From contig JARDVH010000167.1 in the NCBI GenBank assembly GCA_030324005.1, forward strand, positions 15,367,652 through 15,431,651: a stretch of 64,000 bases of DNA, given 5' to 3'. The stretch is from Negaprion brevirostris. Taxonomy: Eukaryota. A model generated the notes under the pieces. It searched no databases, was not told the DNA's origin, and saw nothing but the letters and a program-made list of their open reading frames with translations. The translations under genes and the position numbers were made by a program. This document shows, one piece after another, positions 38,890 to 52,554 of this stretch (position 1 is its first letter; each line of letters opens with the position of its first letter).

Positions 38890-39865
38890 GTGCATATACA
38901 AATCTTTGAAGGTGACAGAACAAATTGAGAAGGCTGCTAAAATGCATGTGGAGTCCTTGGCTTTACTAATAAAGCAAGTGAGTTAACACATATCTTTGGA
39001 AACCATTAGACTTCAGCGAGAATGTTAAGTCCAATTCGGGGAAACATATTTTGGGAAGATTACTAAGGGTTTGGAAAGCGTGCAAAGGATATTTATGCGA
39101 ATTGTACTGGGGGTGAGGGAGACCTTCAGTTATGTGGAACAGCTGGAGAGCTGTGTTTGTTTTCCTTAAAGCAAGCAGATTAAGGAAAGGTTTAACAGTG
39201 ATGTTCAAAGTTATGAGATGTTTTGATAGGCTAAATAGAGAGAAACTGTTTCCAGTGGCAAGACGGTCAGTAACCAGAAGAGACAGATGTAAGATAATTG
39301 GCAAAATAACCAGAGAGGGAGTGAAGAAAATGTTCCACGGGGAAATACTATTGTGATCTGGAATGCATTTCCTTACAGGCAGTGAAAGCAAATTCAACAA
39401 TAATTTCAAAAGGGAGTTGAACAGATTTTTGAATCTGATGAAACAAAGATGAAAGGGTTGATTTTAATTTGCTCCCTTGACAGACGGCAGCATATTTGAA
39501 ATTGCTGTAGAGGACTTATTGCTCTATTTTTAATAGCTTTCATTTCAACCATGCAGTATTTTTTTTTTGCAGGTCAAGACACCAACCAGAGGCAGCGGGA
39601 GGAAAAGATTTTTAGGTATGGGGTGAGCGTGGCCATAAAATCCCACCCTTGGGATTTTGGGAAAAATCCTGCTGAGGTCAATGGACCTTTGCATGGTCTG
39701 CCACCCTCCCCACCAAAGGATTTCCCTTGGTGGGTAGGATGGGAATATTCCCCAAAAGTTATTGGGAAAGAATGGGGGAGTGGGGCAAATTGGCTACTTC
39801 TTCAAAAGAGCCAGCACAGGGACAATGTCCTCCTTCTGTACTTTATTAATTCAATCATTCTATAA
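38890..39865 (+). mobile_element. CR1 LINE 3' end, interrupted by an inverted duplication and a small MITE
   Basis: RLRKGLTVMFKVMRCFDRLNREKLFPVARRSVTR; 3'UTR resumes at about 39755. Confidence 0.8.
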
Positions 39866-40658
39866 CTATTGGAATTAATACACTGAGATGTTCACCGCAG
39901 CTTTTGCTGAATAAATTCATAGATCTACCTTTCACCTTACAGATGTGAAGGTGTTTTCTGCATGGCTGATGACTCTAGAACTACTATGGATGTTGGAAGT
40001 GTTTGTAGATAAAGGTTCAGTTTTGGGAAGATGGTCCAAAAGGTAGTGTTTCCCATCCTCATTATCAGTTATATGACTAACAATACAGTCAAAACCTGTC
40101 TGGAAGTATAATTTCAATGGAAAGTTTGTCTTTGTTGACCGATTGAGTTCTTCACTCAGTTATGACAAGGAGAAAGTTGTGATCGCCAAAAGACTGAAAG
40201 AATGCTTTGTTCTCAGCCATTTATCAAGACACATTAGTTCAATAATCTTTGGTCCCAGTTTTAACTCGGGCAGGGAAAGAGGTGAGGATATGAGGAGTGC
40301 AGTGGTATTAGATCCTGTAACCAAATGAAGGAGAAGATGAGTGCGTCTTTACATACTGTTTTAGTGGTTCCAAGAGATAAACCCAGTTGGCTTTACTGGC
40401 AGGTTGCCTATGAGAAAACTTACATAATTTTGTGTTAAAATGTGTTGGATCCCAATTGCATCATAGATGTGTGTATTCATGAGACCTCCCGCTGCCTCTG
40501 GTTGGTGTCTTGACCTGCAAAAAATACTGCATGGTTGAAATGAAAGCTATCAAGAATAGAGCAATAAGTCCTCTACAGCAATTTCAAATATGCTGCCATC
40601 TGCCAAGGGAACGAATTAAAATCATCCCTTTGATCTTTGCTTCATCAGATTCAGAAAT
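39425..40658. repeat. ~175-bp inverted duplication (39425-39602 / 40485-40658)
   Basis: About 10 substitutions plus a poly-T length difference by manual alignment. Confidence 0.95.
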
Positions 40659-42333
40659 GAAGTAACTGTGAAAATTGCTCATCTGTATTCTGATATTTTA
40701 GCTGATTGCAAATTCATTTTGAGGAGTTGTACATTTTCAATGTTCATAGCTGGACATGGCAAGAGGCAAACCTGAATGGCTCTCATTCCTTGTGGCTATC
40801 AATTTCAGATATATTCAAATTAGTTCAGTTCAAATAAAATTGTTGCTCAATGTGTTAAATTTACTACTGCACTTTTATTGAAGTTAATCTTGAAAGCAAC
40901 CTCAGTCCTCAAGCTCAATACGTGTCAATATTCTGCTACACTTGTGCTGAAGAAACAACGCTCCTTCTAGATCCCAGTGACAATGTTGTTTTATTGGGCA
41001 ATTGCTGTAACCTGAACTCACCAGTGTTTTAATGATCCTCAGCATTAACCCAATTGTGACGTTTCCTCACCGAGGGGCCGAAGTTCACACAAAAATTGTT
41101 CAGCCTTTTCCTGCCCTTCAAAATACACATGGCAACATAAACCCCCTCTTGGGTTGTCCAAATCATCTGAGCAATTATGCAGGAAGATCATAGAATTAAC
41201 ACGAGTTCTCTGTTGTCATCAACCTGTGGCAAAATATGTCAAATACAAAAGCCTTAATATCCACACCACGGGAGAGTGTCTGAAATGTCCTGAGGTCTCG
41301 TCCAAAAACATGCAACTGGCAGAAATTGATTCTGAAAAGAGAAGAAAGATTTCTCTTTGCAAGTATTTCTCTCTTCCCGTTCCAGCTACGTTGTTGCAGC
41401 ACACTAAGTGGGCATGTACATTGATGATTGCCAGGCTTTTCTCAATCCTGCTTGATTGAAATGGAATGGCTGCTGTGCAGAAGGATTGAAATAGTTCTCA
41501 GGGTGAGAGTGCACCGGCAGCCATACCACTAGATACAAGTACCAGGAGGCCAGCGTGTCCAAATTGCTCTGGCAATCTCTGAGTTGCTGCAGTCTGCTGA
41601 CAGCCCTGAATTCCGAGAGGTTGCTGACCATGAGTGGCAGGTAGCTAATTAAAGTAAGTAAAACGTAAATTATTAGAGACCAACTTTTGATCGGGGAGGG
41701 GCGATGGTGGCCAGGGAGAGCATGGACCTACCATACTGGAGCAGCCCCTCCAGGCAACCTTTCAGGCCCTCCCCACTACTTGCNNNNNNNNNNNNNNNNN
41801 NNNNNNNNNNNNNNNNNNNNNNNNNNNNNNNNNNNNNNNNNNNNNNNNNNNNNNNNNNNNNNNNNNNNNNNNNNNNNNNNNNNNNNNNNNNNNNNNNNNN
41901 NNNNNNNNNNNNNNNNNNNNNNNNNNNNNNNNNNNNNNNNNNNNNNNNNNNNNNNNNNNNNNNNNNNNNNNNNNNNNNNNNNNNNNNNNNNNNNNNNNNN
42001 NNNNNNNNNNNNNNNNNNNNNNNNNNNNNNNNNNNNNNNNNNNNNNNNNNNNNNNNNNNNNNNNNNNNNNNNNNNNNNNNNNNNNNNNNNNNNNNNNNNN
42101 NNNNNNNNNNNNNNNNNNNNNNNNNNNNNNNNNNNNNNNNNNNNNNNNNNNNNNNNNNNNNNNNNNNNNNNNNNNNNNNNNNNNNNNNNNNNNNNNNNNN
42201 NNNNNNNNNNNNNNNNNNNNNNNNNNNNNNNNNNNNNNNNNNNNNNNNNNNNNNNNNNNNNNNNNNNNNNNNNNNNNNNNNNNNNNNNNNNNNNNNNNNN
42301 NNNNNNNNNNNNNNNNNNNNNNNNNNNNNNNNN

Positions 42334-44750
42334 AGTCATAGAGTCATAAAGGTTTACAGCATGTAAACAGGCCCTGTGGCCCAACTTGTCCATGCCACCC
42401 CTTTGTTTTTAACTGCAAAGCCAGTCCCAATGCCTGCATTTGGCCCAAATCTCTCCATAGCCATCTTACCCATGTAACAGTCTAAATGCTTTTTAAAAGA
42501 CAAAATTGTACCTGCCTCTACCACTAGCTCTGGCAGCTTGTTCCAGACACACTGTGAAAAAATTGCCCTTCTGGACCTTTTTGTATCTCTCCCCTCTCAC
42601 CTTAAACCAATACCCTCTATTTTAGACTTCCCTACCTTTGGGAAAAGATATTGACTTTCCAGCTGATCTATACCCCTCTTTATTTTATATAGATCTCTGT
42701 AAGATCACCCCTGAGCCTACTCTGTTCCAGTCTATCCAGCCTCTCCTTATAATTCAAACCATTAAGTCCCGGTAGCATCCTAGTAAATTTTTTCTGCACT
42801 CTTTTTCTAATTGAATAGTATCCTTTCTATCATAGGGTGACCAGAACTGTACACAGGATTTCAAGTGTGGCCTTACCAATGTCTTGTATAACTTCAACAA
42901 GATGTCCCAACTCTTGTATTTGACATTCTGACCAATGAAACCAATCATGCTGAATGTTTTCTTCACTACTCTGTCACCTGTGACTCCACTTTCAAGAAGC
43001 TATGAACCTGTACCCCAGATCTTTGTTGCATAACACTCCCCAGTGCCCTCCCATTAACTGAGTAAGTCCTGCCCTGGTTCAATCTACCAAAATGCATTGC
43101 CTCACATTTATCTAAATTAAACTCCGCCTGTCATTCGTCAGCCCACTGGCCCAATTGATTAAGATGTTGCAATTGGAGGTAGCCTTCTTCACTGTCCACT
43201 ATGCCACCAGTCTTGGTATCATCTGCAAACATAGTAACCATACTCCCTAAATTCTCTTCCAAATCATTAATATAAATGACAAATAACAGTGGACCCAGCA
43301 CCAATCCCTGAGACACACTGCTAGTCACAGGCCTCCACTTTGAAAAACAACGCTCTACAACCACCATTTTTCTTCTGTCATCCAGCCAATTTTGTATCCA
43401 TTTGCCTACCTAACCCTGGATCCTGTGAGATTTGACCTTATGCAACAGCCTACTATGCGGTACCTTGTCAAAGATCTTGCTGAAGTCCAACATCAACTGC
43501 ACTGGCCTCATCCACCTTTCTGGTTACCCCTTCAAAAAAAACTCCATGAAATTTGTGAGACTGGCTTTCCACTTACAAAGCCATGCTTATTGTCCGTAAT
43601 TAGTCCTTGCATCTCGAAATGCCTGTAGATCCTGTCTCTCAGAATACCTTCTAAAAACTTACCCACTACAGATGTGAGGCTCACCAGCTTATAATTCCCA
43701 GGCTTTTCCCTTTTTAAACAAAGGCACAACATTTGCCATCCTCCAATCTTCAGGTACCTCACCTGTGGCTATCAATGATTCGAGTATCTCTGTTATGGGA
43801 CCCGCAATTTCCTCCCTAGTCTCCCACAATGTCCTGGGACACACTTCATCAGGTCTTGGGGATTTATCTACCTTGATGCGTTTTAAGACTTCCTTCTCTG
43901 TTATATGCACACTCATCATGACATCACTATTTATTTCCCCAAATTCCCTAAAATCCATGCCTTTCTCCACAGCAAGTACTGATGGGAAATATTCATTTTG
44001 GATCTAACCCTGCTCTGTGAATCCACATATAGGTGACCTTGTTGATCCTTAAGAGGCTCTACTCTCACTCTAGTTATTCTTTTGCCCTTTATGCATTTGT
44101 AGAGTCTCTTTGGATTCTCCTTTGCCTGATCTGCCAAAGTAATTTGTCTCCTTTTTGTCCTCCTGATTTCTCTCCTAACTCTATTCCTACACCCTCTATA
44201 TTCTTCAAGGGGATCACTTGATCCCAGCTGTCTGTGCATGCCATGTGCCTCCTTCTTCTTGACCTGTGCATCATTATCCTGAGTCATCCAGAGTTCCTTA
44301 CTTGTACCAGCCTTGCTGTTCACTCTAAGTGGAATGCATTTACCCTGAACCATGGTTCACACATTTTTGAAAGCTTCCCACTTACCAGGTGTCCCTTTGC
44401 CTGTCAACAGACTTCCCCAATTCCTGTCTGATGCCATTAAAATTGGCCTTTCCTCAATTTAGAATTTTAACTTTTGGGCCAGATTTATCATTCTCCAAAG
44501 CGATCTTAAAACTAATGAAATTATGGTCGCTGGTCTCAGTGATCCCTCACTAACACATCTGTCACCTGTTCTTCCTTATTTCCCAAGAGGAGGTCAAGTT
44601 TTGCCCCCTATCTAGTTGGGTCATCCACATACTGAATGAGAAATTCCTCCTGAATACACTCAACAAATATCTTTCCATCCAATCCTCTAAGACTATGGCT
44701 GTCCCAGTGAATGTTGGGAAAGTTAAAATCCCCTATTATTACCACCATAC
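42334..44750 (-). mobile_element. CR1 (HER1-like) LINE, long decayed ORF2 with 3' tail
   Basis: VPEDWRMANVVPLFKKG, NYKLVSLTSVVGKFLE, QGLVLGPLLFVIYINDL, FADDTK, LYKTLVRPHL; tail of gactctat-type repeats. Confidence 0.95.
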
Positions 44751-45945
44751 TACTGCTCCTGAATTATTTACAGATGACTATCGGTCAAAATGTTGTTTCA
44801 TTGCCTCTTGTCTAGGCAGTCCACCTACATCTGTGTACTCAAGATGAGCAGAAACCCAGGATCAATCTTAGCCCTACATTTACGTGCCATCATGCAACAA
44901 ACTTCCAACCTACTGTGCTTGCGTGCTTCCAAACTTTGCAGGAGCACTCATACAATTGGAATATGGCTCCACCAGGAAAAATGACTGGAATCCCCANNNN
45001 NNNNNNNAAGCCAATCCCCTAAAGTGAAATGCTCTGTGTTAGACTGGCTAATCCCATCATTTACACTGAATGATCTTTCAGCCATGAAACCAAGCAGAAG
45101 ATAGAGTAAGGGACTGAATAGTGAAATGGAGAGCGGCATATCAAGCAAAGAAAAGCTGAAAGTATGCTCAATGTGATAATCAAAGGGTATTTCAATGTCC
45201 TAGAAGTACAGTCAACAGATCAATAGCAAGCAGAAGGCAACAGGATAAAGGCTTTTTCCTTATTCACTATGCAAATCAGAATACACAAGCAAAATCAGGC
45301 TAAGTTTTGCAGCAGAATTTGATATTAACTTGAAAGTATGCAATACTCTGTTCAATTTGATTTATTCACAGAAATAACAATCGCACAAATATCATGGCTT
45401 TAAATGAGGCAGAGAAAAGCTTGTGTGAAGATTTCTCTCCTTTGGACATGGCATAACTTTTGAAAAATCAGAAGCTTATTTTGAATTATTCTGGAAATAA
45501 TTCCACTTCAACAACTTGTAGCTGGTTTCTGTCCTGAAAAATTAAAGTAAGGTCAGAATGTAAAGAGGGTGTTCACCCAGGCATTTGTCTGATAATAATG
45601 GAACACGGTATATCTTAATTTTACAGAGATAATGGATTTCTTCTTCAAACAAACTGTTGAAAAGTTCACAGGCTGAAATATATACCATAAATTCTACTGT
45701 CAAAATTAATTTCTAGACAGTTTTTTTGAAGGACCTCATTTCATAAGATGATGTCATTAGCCATATAATGTGTGGGTCACTGGCCAATTCAACCAGCAAT
45801 ACCATTAGTGAAAGCATCTATTCTACATCGGGTACAATAACATTGAGGCGCATAGATCATAGAAGAATTGATTGCAGAGCCCATTCAGCCCATTGTGCCA
45901 GTGCCAACTCTTGAGTAGATTCAACCAAGTAATCCCACAACACTA

Positions 45946-46016
45946 GTTTTGACAAAGGATCAATTCTTTTCTCTCCTTACAGATCAGCTGAGGCTTTCCA
46001 GTGTTTTCTCTTTTAG
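45946..46016 (+). mobile_element. 71-bp Penelope-related micro-insertion with 13-bp TSD
   Basis: TSD tcccacaacacta at 45933-45945 and 46017-46029; body resembles a recalled shark pLTR (ttctctccttacagat...tttccagtgttttct). Confidence 0.6.
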
Positions 46017-46153
46017 TCCCACAACACTAACCTTTCCCAAAAGCACTGTAAGTTATTTCTCTTCAAGTACTGCCCAATTATTAAGTCTGCCTCCACCAAA
46101 TCTTCCCTGATTTTCTCTTCTCACAGCATCTCACTCTATAAAAAAGATATATT

Positions 46154-46270
46154 GGGTGGGATTTTACAATCTCAATTAGGCGAGGCTCGTAAAATCCAAC
46201 CCGAGGCCAAGGGAGAAGTCCGTTCTGCAAGCCTCGATTCCGGGGAGGGTAAGGCGGTAAAATTCATGCC
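46154..46270. mobile_element. PIF/Harbinger-type MITE
   Basis: Imperfect TIRs gggtgggattttac / gtaaaattcatgcc; 3-bp TSD att (46151-53, 46271-73). Confidence 0.7.
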
Positions 46271-47208
46271 ATTGTTTCCTTGTGTTGTCTCTTGATCTTT
46301 TGCCAATCACTTTAAATCTGTGCCCCCCTGGTTACCAAATCTTTGGAAATTATTTCTCCTCACAAACAATATCAAAACCTCCATGATTTTAAACATCTGT
46401 GTCAAAATTCTTCTTAATCTTCTATGGTCCAAGCAGAATAATTTTTACCAATCTGCTACTGCCCTTTTAACCTTGGCTCTTTAATTTTGCTGTTCTGTTT
46501 GTAATGGGGAAGGTGGGCAATTTTCATGACTTGCGTCAGGCCCTGTGATTGGTATGGTGGCTGTCAATCACGTCCTCCATTGACAGGCAGTGATGGCAGG
46601 TGACAGTGCTGGGTAGAGAAACTTTTCAGTGCCAATGAGTCCCTAAGGAGGAGGGAACAGTCTCTTTACCATGCTCAAAGGGTGGAGCCAGAGGCTCTGC
46701 TCAGCAGGCTGAAGCATGGCCCTGAGGAGAGGGAACCTCTGAGGAAGTATGGCCTGGAGAAGCAGAAGCCTCCAGGGAGAACCGGGCATTGGATTGGACA
46801 TGGAGCAGGAGGGCAGTTCCAAGGGTAGGGTCAAAATTACAAGCCTTCACTCTGATGCAATCAAGGCATTCTTGCTTCCAATTGCTTAGCAAACAAGTCT
46901 TCAACACTACTGATTCAAAAGGAGTTAAGCACTCAGTGGTCCTTTTGATTTCAAGGTGTTCGGCAATGGCCATCCAAAGTCGGCNNNNNNNNNNNNNNNN
47001 NNNNNNNNNNNNNNNNNNNNNNNNNNNNNNNNNNNNNNNNNNNNNNNNNNNNNNNNNNNNNNNNNNNNNNNNNNNNNNNNNNNNNNNNNNNNNNNNNNNN
47101 NNNNNNNNNNNNNNNNNNNNNNNNNNNNNNNNNNNNNNNNNNNNNNNNNNNNNNNNNNNNNNNNNNNNNNNNNNNNNNNNNNNNNNNNNNNNNNNNNNNN
47201 NNNNNNNN

Positions 47209-47435
47209 CTGAAAATCGAGAAAGACCACATCCACCGGCTCTCCTCTATCCACCGCCCTAGACACATCCTCATAGAACTCCAATAGTTTGTCAGACATGA
47301 CTTCCCCTTAACGAATCCATGCTGCGTTTGCTCTATCAAACAATTCTTCTCAAGATGCCTCGCTATTTCTTCTTTGACGACAGATTCAAGCATTTTTCCT
47401 ACAACAGACGTTAAACTAATCGGCCTATAATTCCC
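47209..47435 (-). mobile_element. CR1 RT fragment adjoining an N gap
   Basis: NYRPISLTSVVGKMLES...QHGFVKGKSCLTN; GEPVDVVFLDFQ. Confidence 0.9.
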
Positions 47436-47765
47436 TGCATGCACTTGCTCCAGTCAGAGCTAGAGCCTGGTCTGTTATGATCTCTGCCTGACCCTCTTTT
47501 TACTTCTGCTGGTCTGGCTTTGGTGCTTTTGAATTCAAGTCACTCTTCCCCAGTCACTCCAAGCCTCACGGATCCCTTCAATTCCTGCCTGGCTTCTGAA
47601 TCTTCAGCAGATCCGTGCTCTAATACCCATTGCTGGGCTTCTGAAAGCCTCGTGGTTCTTTGCACTTGTTATCCTCTGGTCTATGAGATTGAATCCTGAA
47701 CGTTAGCCCCAAAATTGAATTTAGGAAGGGTACAGATTGACTCCTCTAGTTTATCCCCCCAAGTT

Positions 47766-48659
47766 TGAGATTATTGGATTTTGTTGTGGGTTTAGCCAGG
47801 ATGGGCTTTGCAGGAGTCCCAGAATATATCCGATTATGAAGAATTAATCAGGCTGGTTGTTTGAATTTAAAACAAAGAACAGGATATATTTATTGACCCT
47901 ACTTCCTGAATTTAGAAAAAGACTAAGCCAATCTCTTCTCTCATTCATACATCACACACATTCCCTTGGCTTCCCAAACACAGGTGTTAGAATATGAGGA
48001 AAGACTTAAATATCTCTTTTTCCAATTTGTGAAGAAAATAAACAATCAAAGAAATATATGGTTAACTGTCCTGTGGATAGTCTTGATACGGTGATTCCAT
48101 ATTACGGCCGTTTTTGATCAGTTGTCTTCCTGGTTGCAGTTGTATGGAACAGGTTTGCATGTTGTATCCCCAAAAGATCGTGGTTTTCAGCAGATTTCCC
48201 TTCTCAGGATAGTTGCTTTACTATATTCATGCACAATGCTGAGAGAGAGAAAACAGCTACGACTCCTTGCTGTATGTCCTTCTGATCTCTGCCATTTGGG
48301 ATGGTAAGCAGTTCTTAAAAGCCTTGCTGGCTGCATATTTCAGAGGAATTTGATTACCATGTCTGTTGCAGTCATTGTTTTGTGGAGCACACAATATAAT
48401 TACACATTGGTGTCTCGTCTCAGAAACGTTTGAAGAGTAATCGTGTAAAAACCAACAGGTCTTTCATACTTCTGGGGGTTTGACAATCTGTTCTTTTCAT
48501 CCTAGTCGGGTTGAATGCAAGTTGTATGTTCCACTGGTAGGCAGTCTTTCCATTGTTTTAATGGGATTGCAGTTTATTAAAATCCAGCAGAAAAAGAGGC
48601 ATTAAAACTTGTACCTTTTCTTAAGTCTTTGCAATAGTCGAAAGTATTCTGGTTTTACA
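47766..48659. mobile_element. Probable long solo LTR
   Basis: TG...TTACA termini with agtt/agta flanks; composition similar to 27215-28384. Confidence 0.45.
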
Positions 48660-51544
48660 AGTAACCTGTCTACAGGTCACTTTATAAATTTCCTGATTTT
48701 AGGTACTAATTAACTGAGATAATGCATTCTGTGCAAGCAGTCAGATAATTGAGCCCTGGAAGAAGGAATCAGTTGGAGACAAGAATGATTTGGCCAAAAA
48801 TGCTGGTCAGTTCGAACCTGTATCTTTAGCAGAAAACTGAAGGAATGACTCTCAGGGAAACTGGATGAAGCTTACTGGAGCTTATGGGTCTAAGTCAGAT
48901 AAACCAGGATACAATCACGTAATACAATCATCTTCAGGGTTGCATCAGTCAGCATTAAGGTGCAAGCTGGTTATGTATCACTTGAGCTGTAGATTGGTTG
49001 CAGTAGAATTACAATTGGTGGAAAGCTGAATTCCTACAATATAAAGTTTAAAAAGTATTTAGGTAGCCTGTGAAAAACTTAAGTTTTAAATAAGGAAAAA
49101 AAAATCTATCAGCTGAGTCTCACATAAACAAAATCACTAGCAGATGAAAGTCAGGGAGTAGGACACATCTTTTAATACTGATGTACAGGGCTGGATTTTG
49201 GGAAGCTCTTCAGACAGAAGTCTGACAGTTCTTTTGGAGGCTTCATTGGTGTAAAAGTTGAAGCGACTATGGTATGTTACATCAGTTTGGAGTTTGGAGG
49301 AGCAGCAACAGTCCTTGGCCCCCACAAGCTTCGACAAGCAGTCATGTTTTACTTGGCCATGTCTCCCCCTCCAGGACCTAGGCCAACATTCCTGTGATTC
49401 AGAACTTGTGAGCTGCCTTGGGACAGCTTTTTGGCATCCAAATCAAATAAGGCACAGGCATTAAAATTGCATGGGCCCCTTCAGTACTGCAATGAATGGG
49501 CAGGTCACTGGTTGTGTCAGTGCTTGGAAGATATTCGGACACAGCGTTCGTGAGTGTTCGACCCTTTATTGCCTTCTTATTGATGAAGAGAGGAGAACTG
49601 GAGAATTCCTAAGACTTCTCCAGGTTGCTCTGCTCAATTGTGTACAGTCAGCTTTTTTTTATAGGGCATTTCTTACACCTTCTCGTAATTGCTTCTAGTC
49701 ACAAACACCTGTAAATTATTTACATATGATACAAAGAGGTAGACCTAAGACAATAGCTGTTTAATCGCTTCCCATTGGTAATGTCACAGTCTTTAGTGGT
49801 AGATGGATGGAATGTCTGTTCAGACAATGGTCACCTAATCGTGTATTTGTTACAGATTCAATGCTGTTAGCAAGCATATTCAGCTGTGTCCTGTTGACAG
49901 ATATAGTGAAACATCCATTTTTGCCTGCACTATCCATTTCATGTATATGCAAAGACAGCCAGTTTGCAGTGCAGGGTACTGTTGCTGATGTGCTAATTTT
50001 CCTGGTTCCTTGGCTGACTCCCTGGTGAGCTCAGTCTCCTCTCCCGCAGTTGATGGCCCAAATATCAAAATCCACTCCATGGTGTTCTGCTTTCCATAAT
50101 TCAAGAGCACTATGAGAGGCAAGCACACTCTATTACAAACTCACACTTGTTATCTGACAAGTGTCCATCTGGTGCTGATGTTAAGAACGTAACTGAGACA
50201 TTCTTGCTCGAGAGAACTCAAGACTGAGGATCTCAAATTCACAATACCTCTGCCATTCCCACTCACCTTCTCCCCACAAGGAATTTGTGGGGATCCAGTC
50301 AGATTGTGGTTCTGAATTGTTTTTTCTGGCCTGACTTCAGCCTTTGGCTGTAACCATTGAATATATTGATTTGGTATGGATTACATTTCAATAAGTCATA
50401 AAAAGTAAGGTTCTTTTTCCTCCTTCTATTGGTCTCCTTGCACCAGCCTCATTTCTCAAGTTGAGTGGCGCTGATAACTAATGTTGTTCATTTATTTCAC
50501 TGTAACTTGAGCCAAGTTTCGCTTTCACTGGATAGCTGTTCCCCAAAATCTTGGTCAGCAGTAAGAGCTAACCAATACATTGTCTGAAACCATTATTCTC
50601 AGGATCCTGAGAGTCACTGACAGGACCAACCAGAGTTGCCAATTAGTGGAGTTCAGCTAGTTTGGTTCCTTTCAAAGGAAATGCAAGGAAAATTTGGGAT
50701 GAAAGGCTGCTGATAGAAGAAGGCACACTAACAAGAATCTGTTTGGAGAGTCAAATGGGCACAGAGAAGGAGAAAGGACACAAAGAAAGTGAACTAACTA
50801 TAAACATTTCTGACACCAACACTGAGATGCTGCCACGACACATGGACAATATAGACTGTTGTGTTGTGACAGCTGTTGAATGCAATGAACCCTCTTGTCC
50901 TTGACATAAGGATCGACAAAACCAGTTTCAAGTTAATCTATTACCGTACATGGGAGATGAATAATGCGAACCTTTCATACTCTGAAGAATGTAACAAAAT
51001 CTCTCTTCTAACCTCTTATTTCTTGTAACAAGAACAGTCAAGAAAGCTTATTCCTCTGGAACTCTCTGAGCCTAACATACAGTGTATTGTAAATGTCTCT
51101 TGTCTCAGCTACTACACATGGTAGATCATTCAAAACATTTATCACCTTTTGAGTAAATAGCTTCTTTAAAGCTATTTTTCAGCATAGTTCTGCAAAATGA
51201 AAATCCTCCAGCTATATCAGTCTAGTGTAGTTATTGTACTGTGCTTACAGTTGATCAATTAATATTCACTAGATTTATTGATGTTCTCCCTTATTCAAAT
51301 ATGTTAGAATTTAAGCTTCTCTACTTAAAGAGGGAAGGTTGTGTGACATAGTGGATCCATTATTTTGTTTGTCTCAGGTTTCCTTGGTTTCTTACTAAGA
51401 CATCTTACTGGAGCCAATGATCTCTCATTAAAAATACTTTATTTACATCACATTATTTATAATGTGATAGAACATCAGGATGTAACTACAGCTACTCTCT
51501 GAGATGCTTTTCACTCCCAGGACAGTGAGTGGCATCACTGTGAT

Positions 51545-51680
51545 ATAAGACCACGAGCCCACAAGACATAGGAGCAGAATTAGACCATTCGGCCCATTGC
51601 AAAGGCTCCACCATTCAATCGTGGCTGCCATTTTCCTGTAACCGTTGATCACCTTACCAATCAAGAACCTACCAATCTAT
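51545..51680 (-). mobile_element. CR1 3' tail fragment
   Basis: cataggagcagaattagaccattcggcccatt. Confidence 0.75.
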
Positions 51681-52289
51681 ATAGTTCCTGATGCACTTGC
51701 TCAGTAGCTGTCACAAGGGTTAACCCTTTACTCTCTCTAAGTCTCCTGTATTATTAGAAAAACATCTTCCGACATCTCCCCACAAAATCTCTGCATATGA
51801 AAGGATAGTATTTTTCATAATTTCACCAGCCTTCCCGAGTGAGTGTGGATTTCCTCCTGAGCTAGTTGGGAATCCATTTGCTCCAAAGTCTGTTCCTAGG
51901 CATTGTCATATCTGGTTTCCATGGTTTGTTGTTTTGCAGGTGTGACATTCCACTGAGGTACAGGACATGCAGCCCATCCTGTTAATGGCTTTCTCTCCAT
52001 TGAAATTAGGGCAGCTATGTTCCTTTTGAAGGGTGCCTGACCGTGTCATTACTCGATATGATCTTGTCTGCAGTAACTTTTCCATTACTGTATCTTCTTG
52101 CTGTTGGCCTCTAATCCACCTCTTCCTTGTTGAGGGTGGAACAGTCATGAAGCTGTGTCTCTGGTTAAAAGTACAGGCTTGACTTCTGAGGTCTGGTCTT
52201 TTGGTATTGGTAAGATGTGTGATATTTTTGCAAGCGATATACTGCACAGGAAATATACTGTTATAATGATAGGCAACCTTTCACACTTG

Positions 52290-52545
52290 TAGCTTCTTGT
52301 GCAAACTTGTATTTAATTGCTCCTCCATGAACGGCCATAGTTTGAGATGCCTGGGCCCGAAACTCTGGAATTCCCTCTCTAAACCTCTTGCCTCTCTGCC
52401 AATCCCTCCTCCCCCTTCAGTATAGTCCTCAACGTCCGCCTTTTTAACCAAGCTTTTTGCCATATTAGCTAATAAGTCTTTAAGTGGCTCGCATCAGATT
52501 TTAACACTCCGATGAAGTGCTTTGGCATGTTTTACTGTGTGAAAA
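52290..52545 (+). mobile_element. L2 3' end
   Basis: gcctgggcccgaaactctggaattccctctctaaacctc...tgaagtgctttggcatgttttac. Confidence 0.7.
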
Positions 52546-52554
52546 ATGTTTCGT

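Larger units (their letters stand above)
45850..46440 (-). mobile_element. Degenerate CR1 3' fragment carrying two nested insertions
   Basis: ccattcagcccattgtgcc...tttaaatctgtgccccctgg...atgattttaaacatctg. Confidence 0.6.

Noticed and set aside
40248-40270. miR-133-like seed tttggtccc
   Set aside because: Only the first 9 nt match; no precursor hairpin
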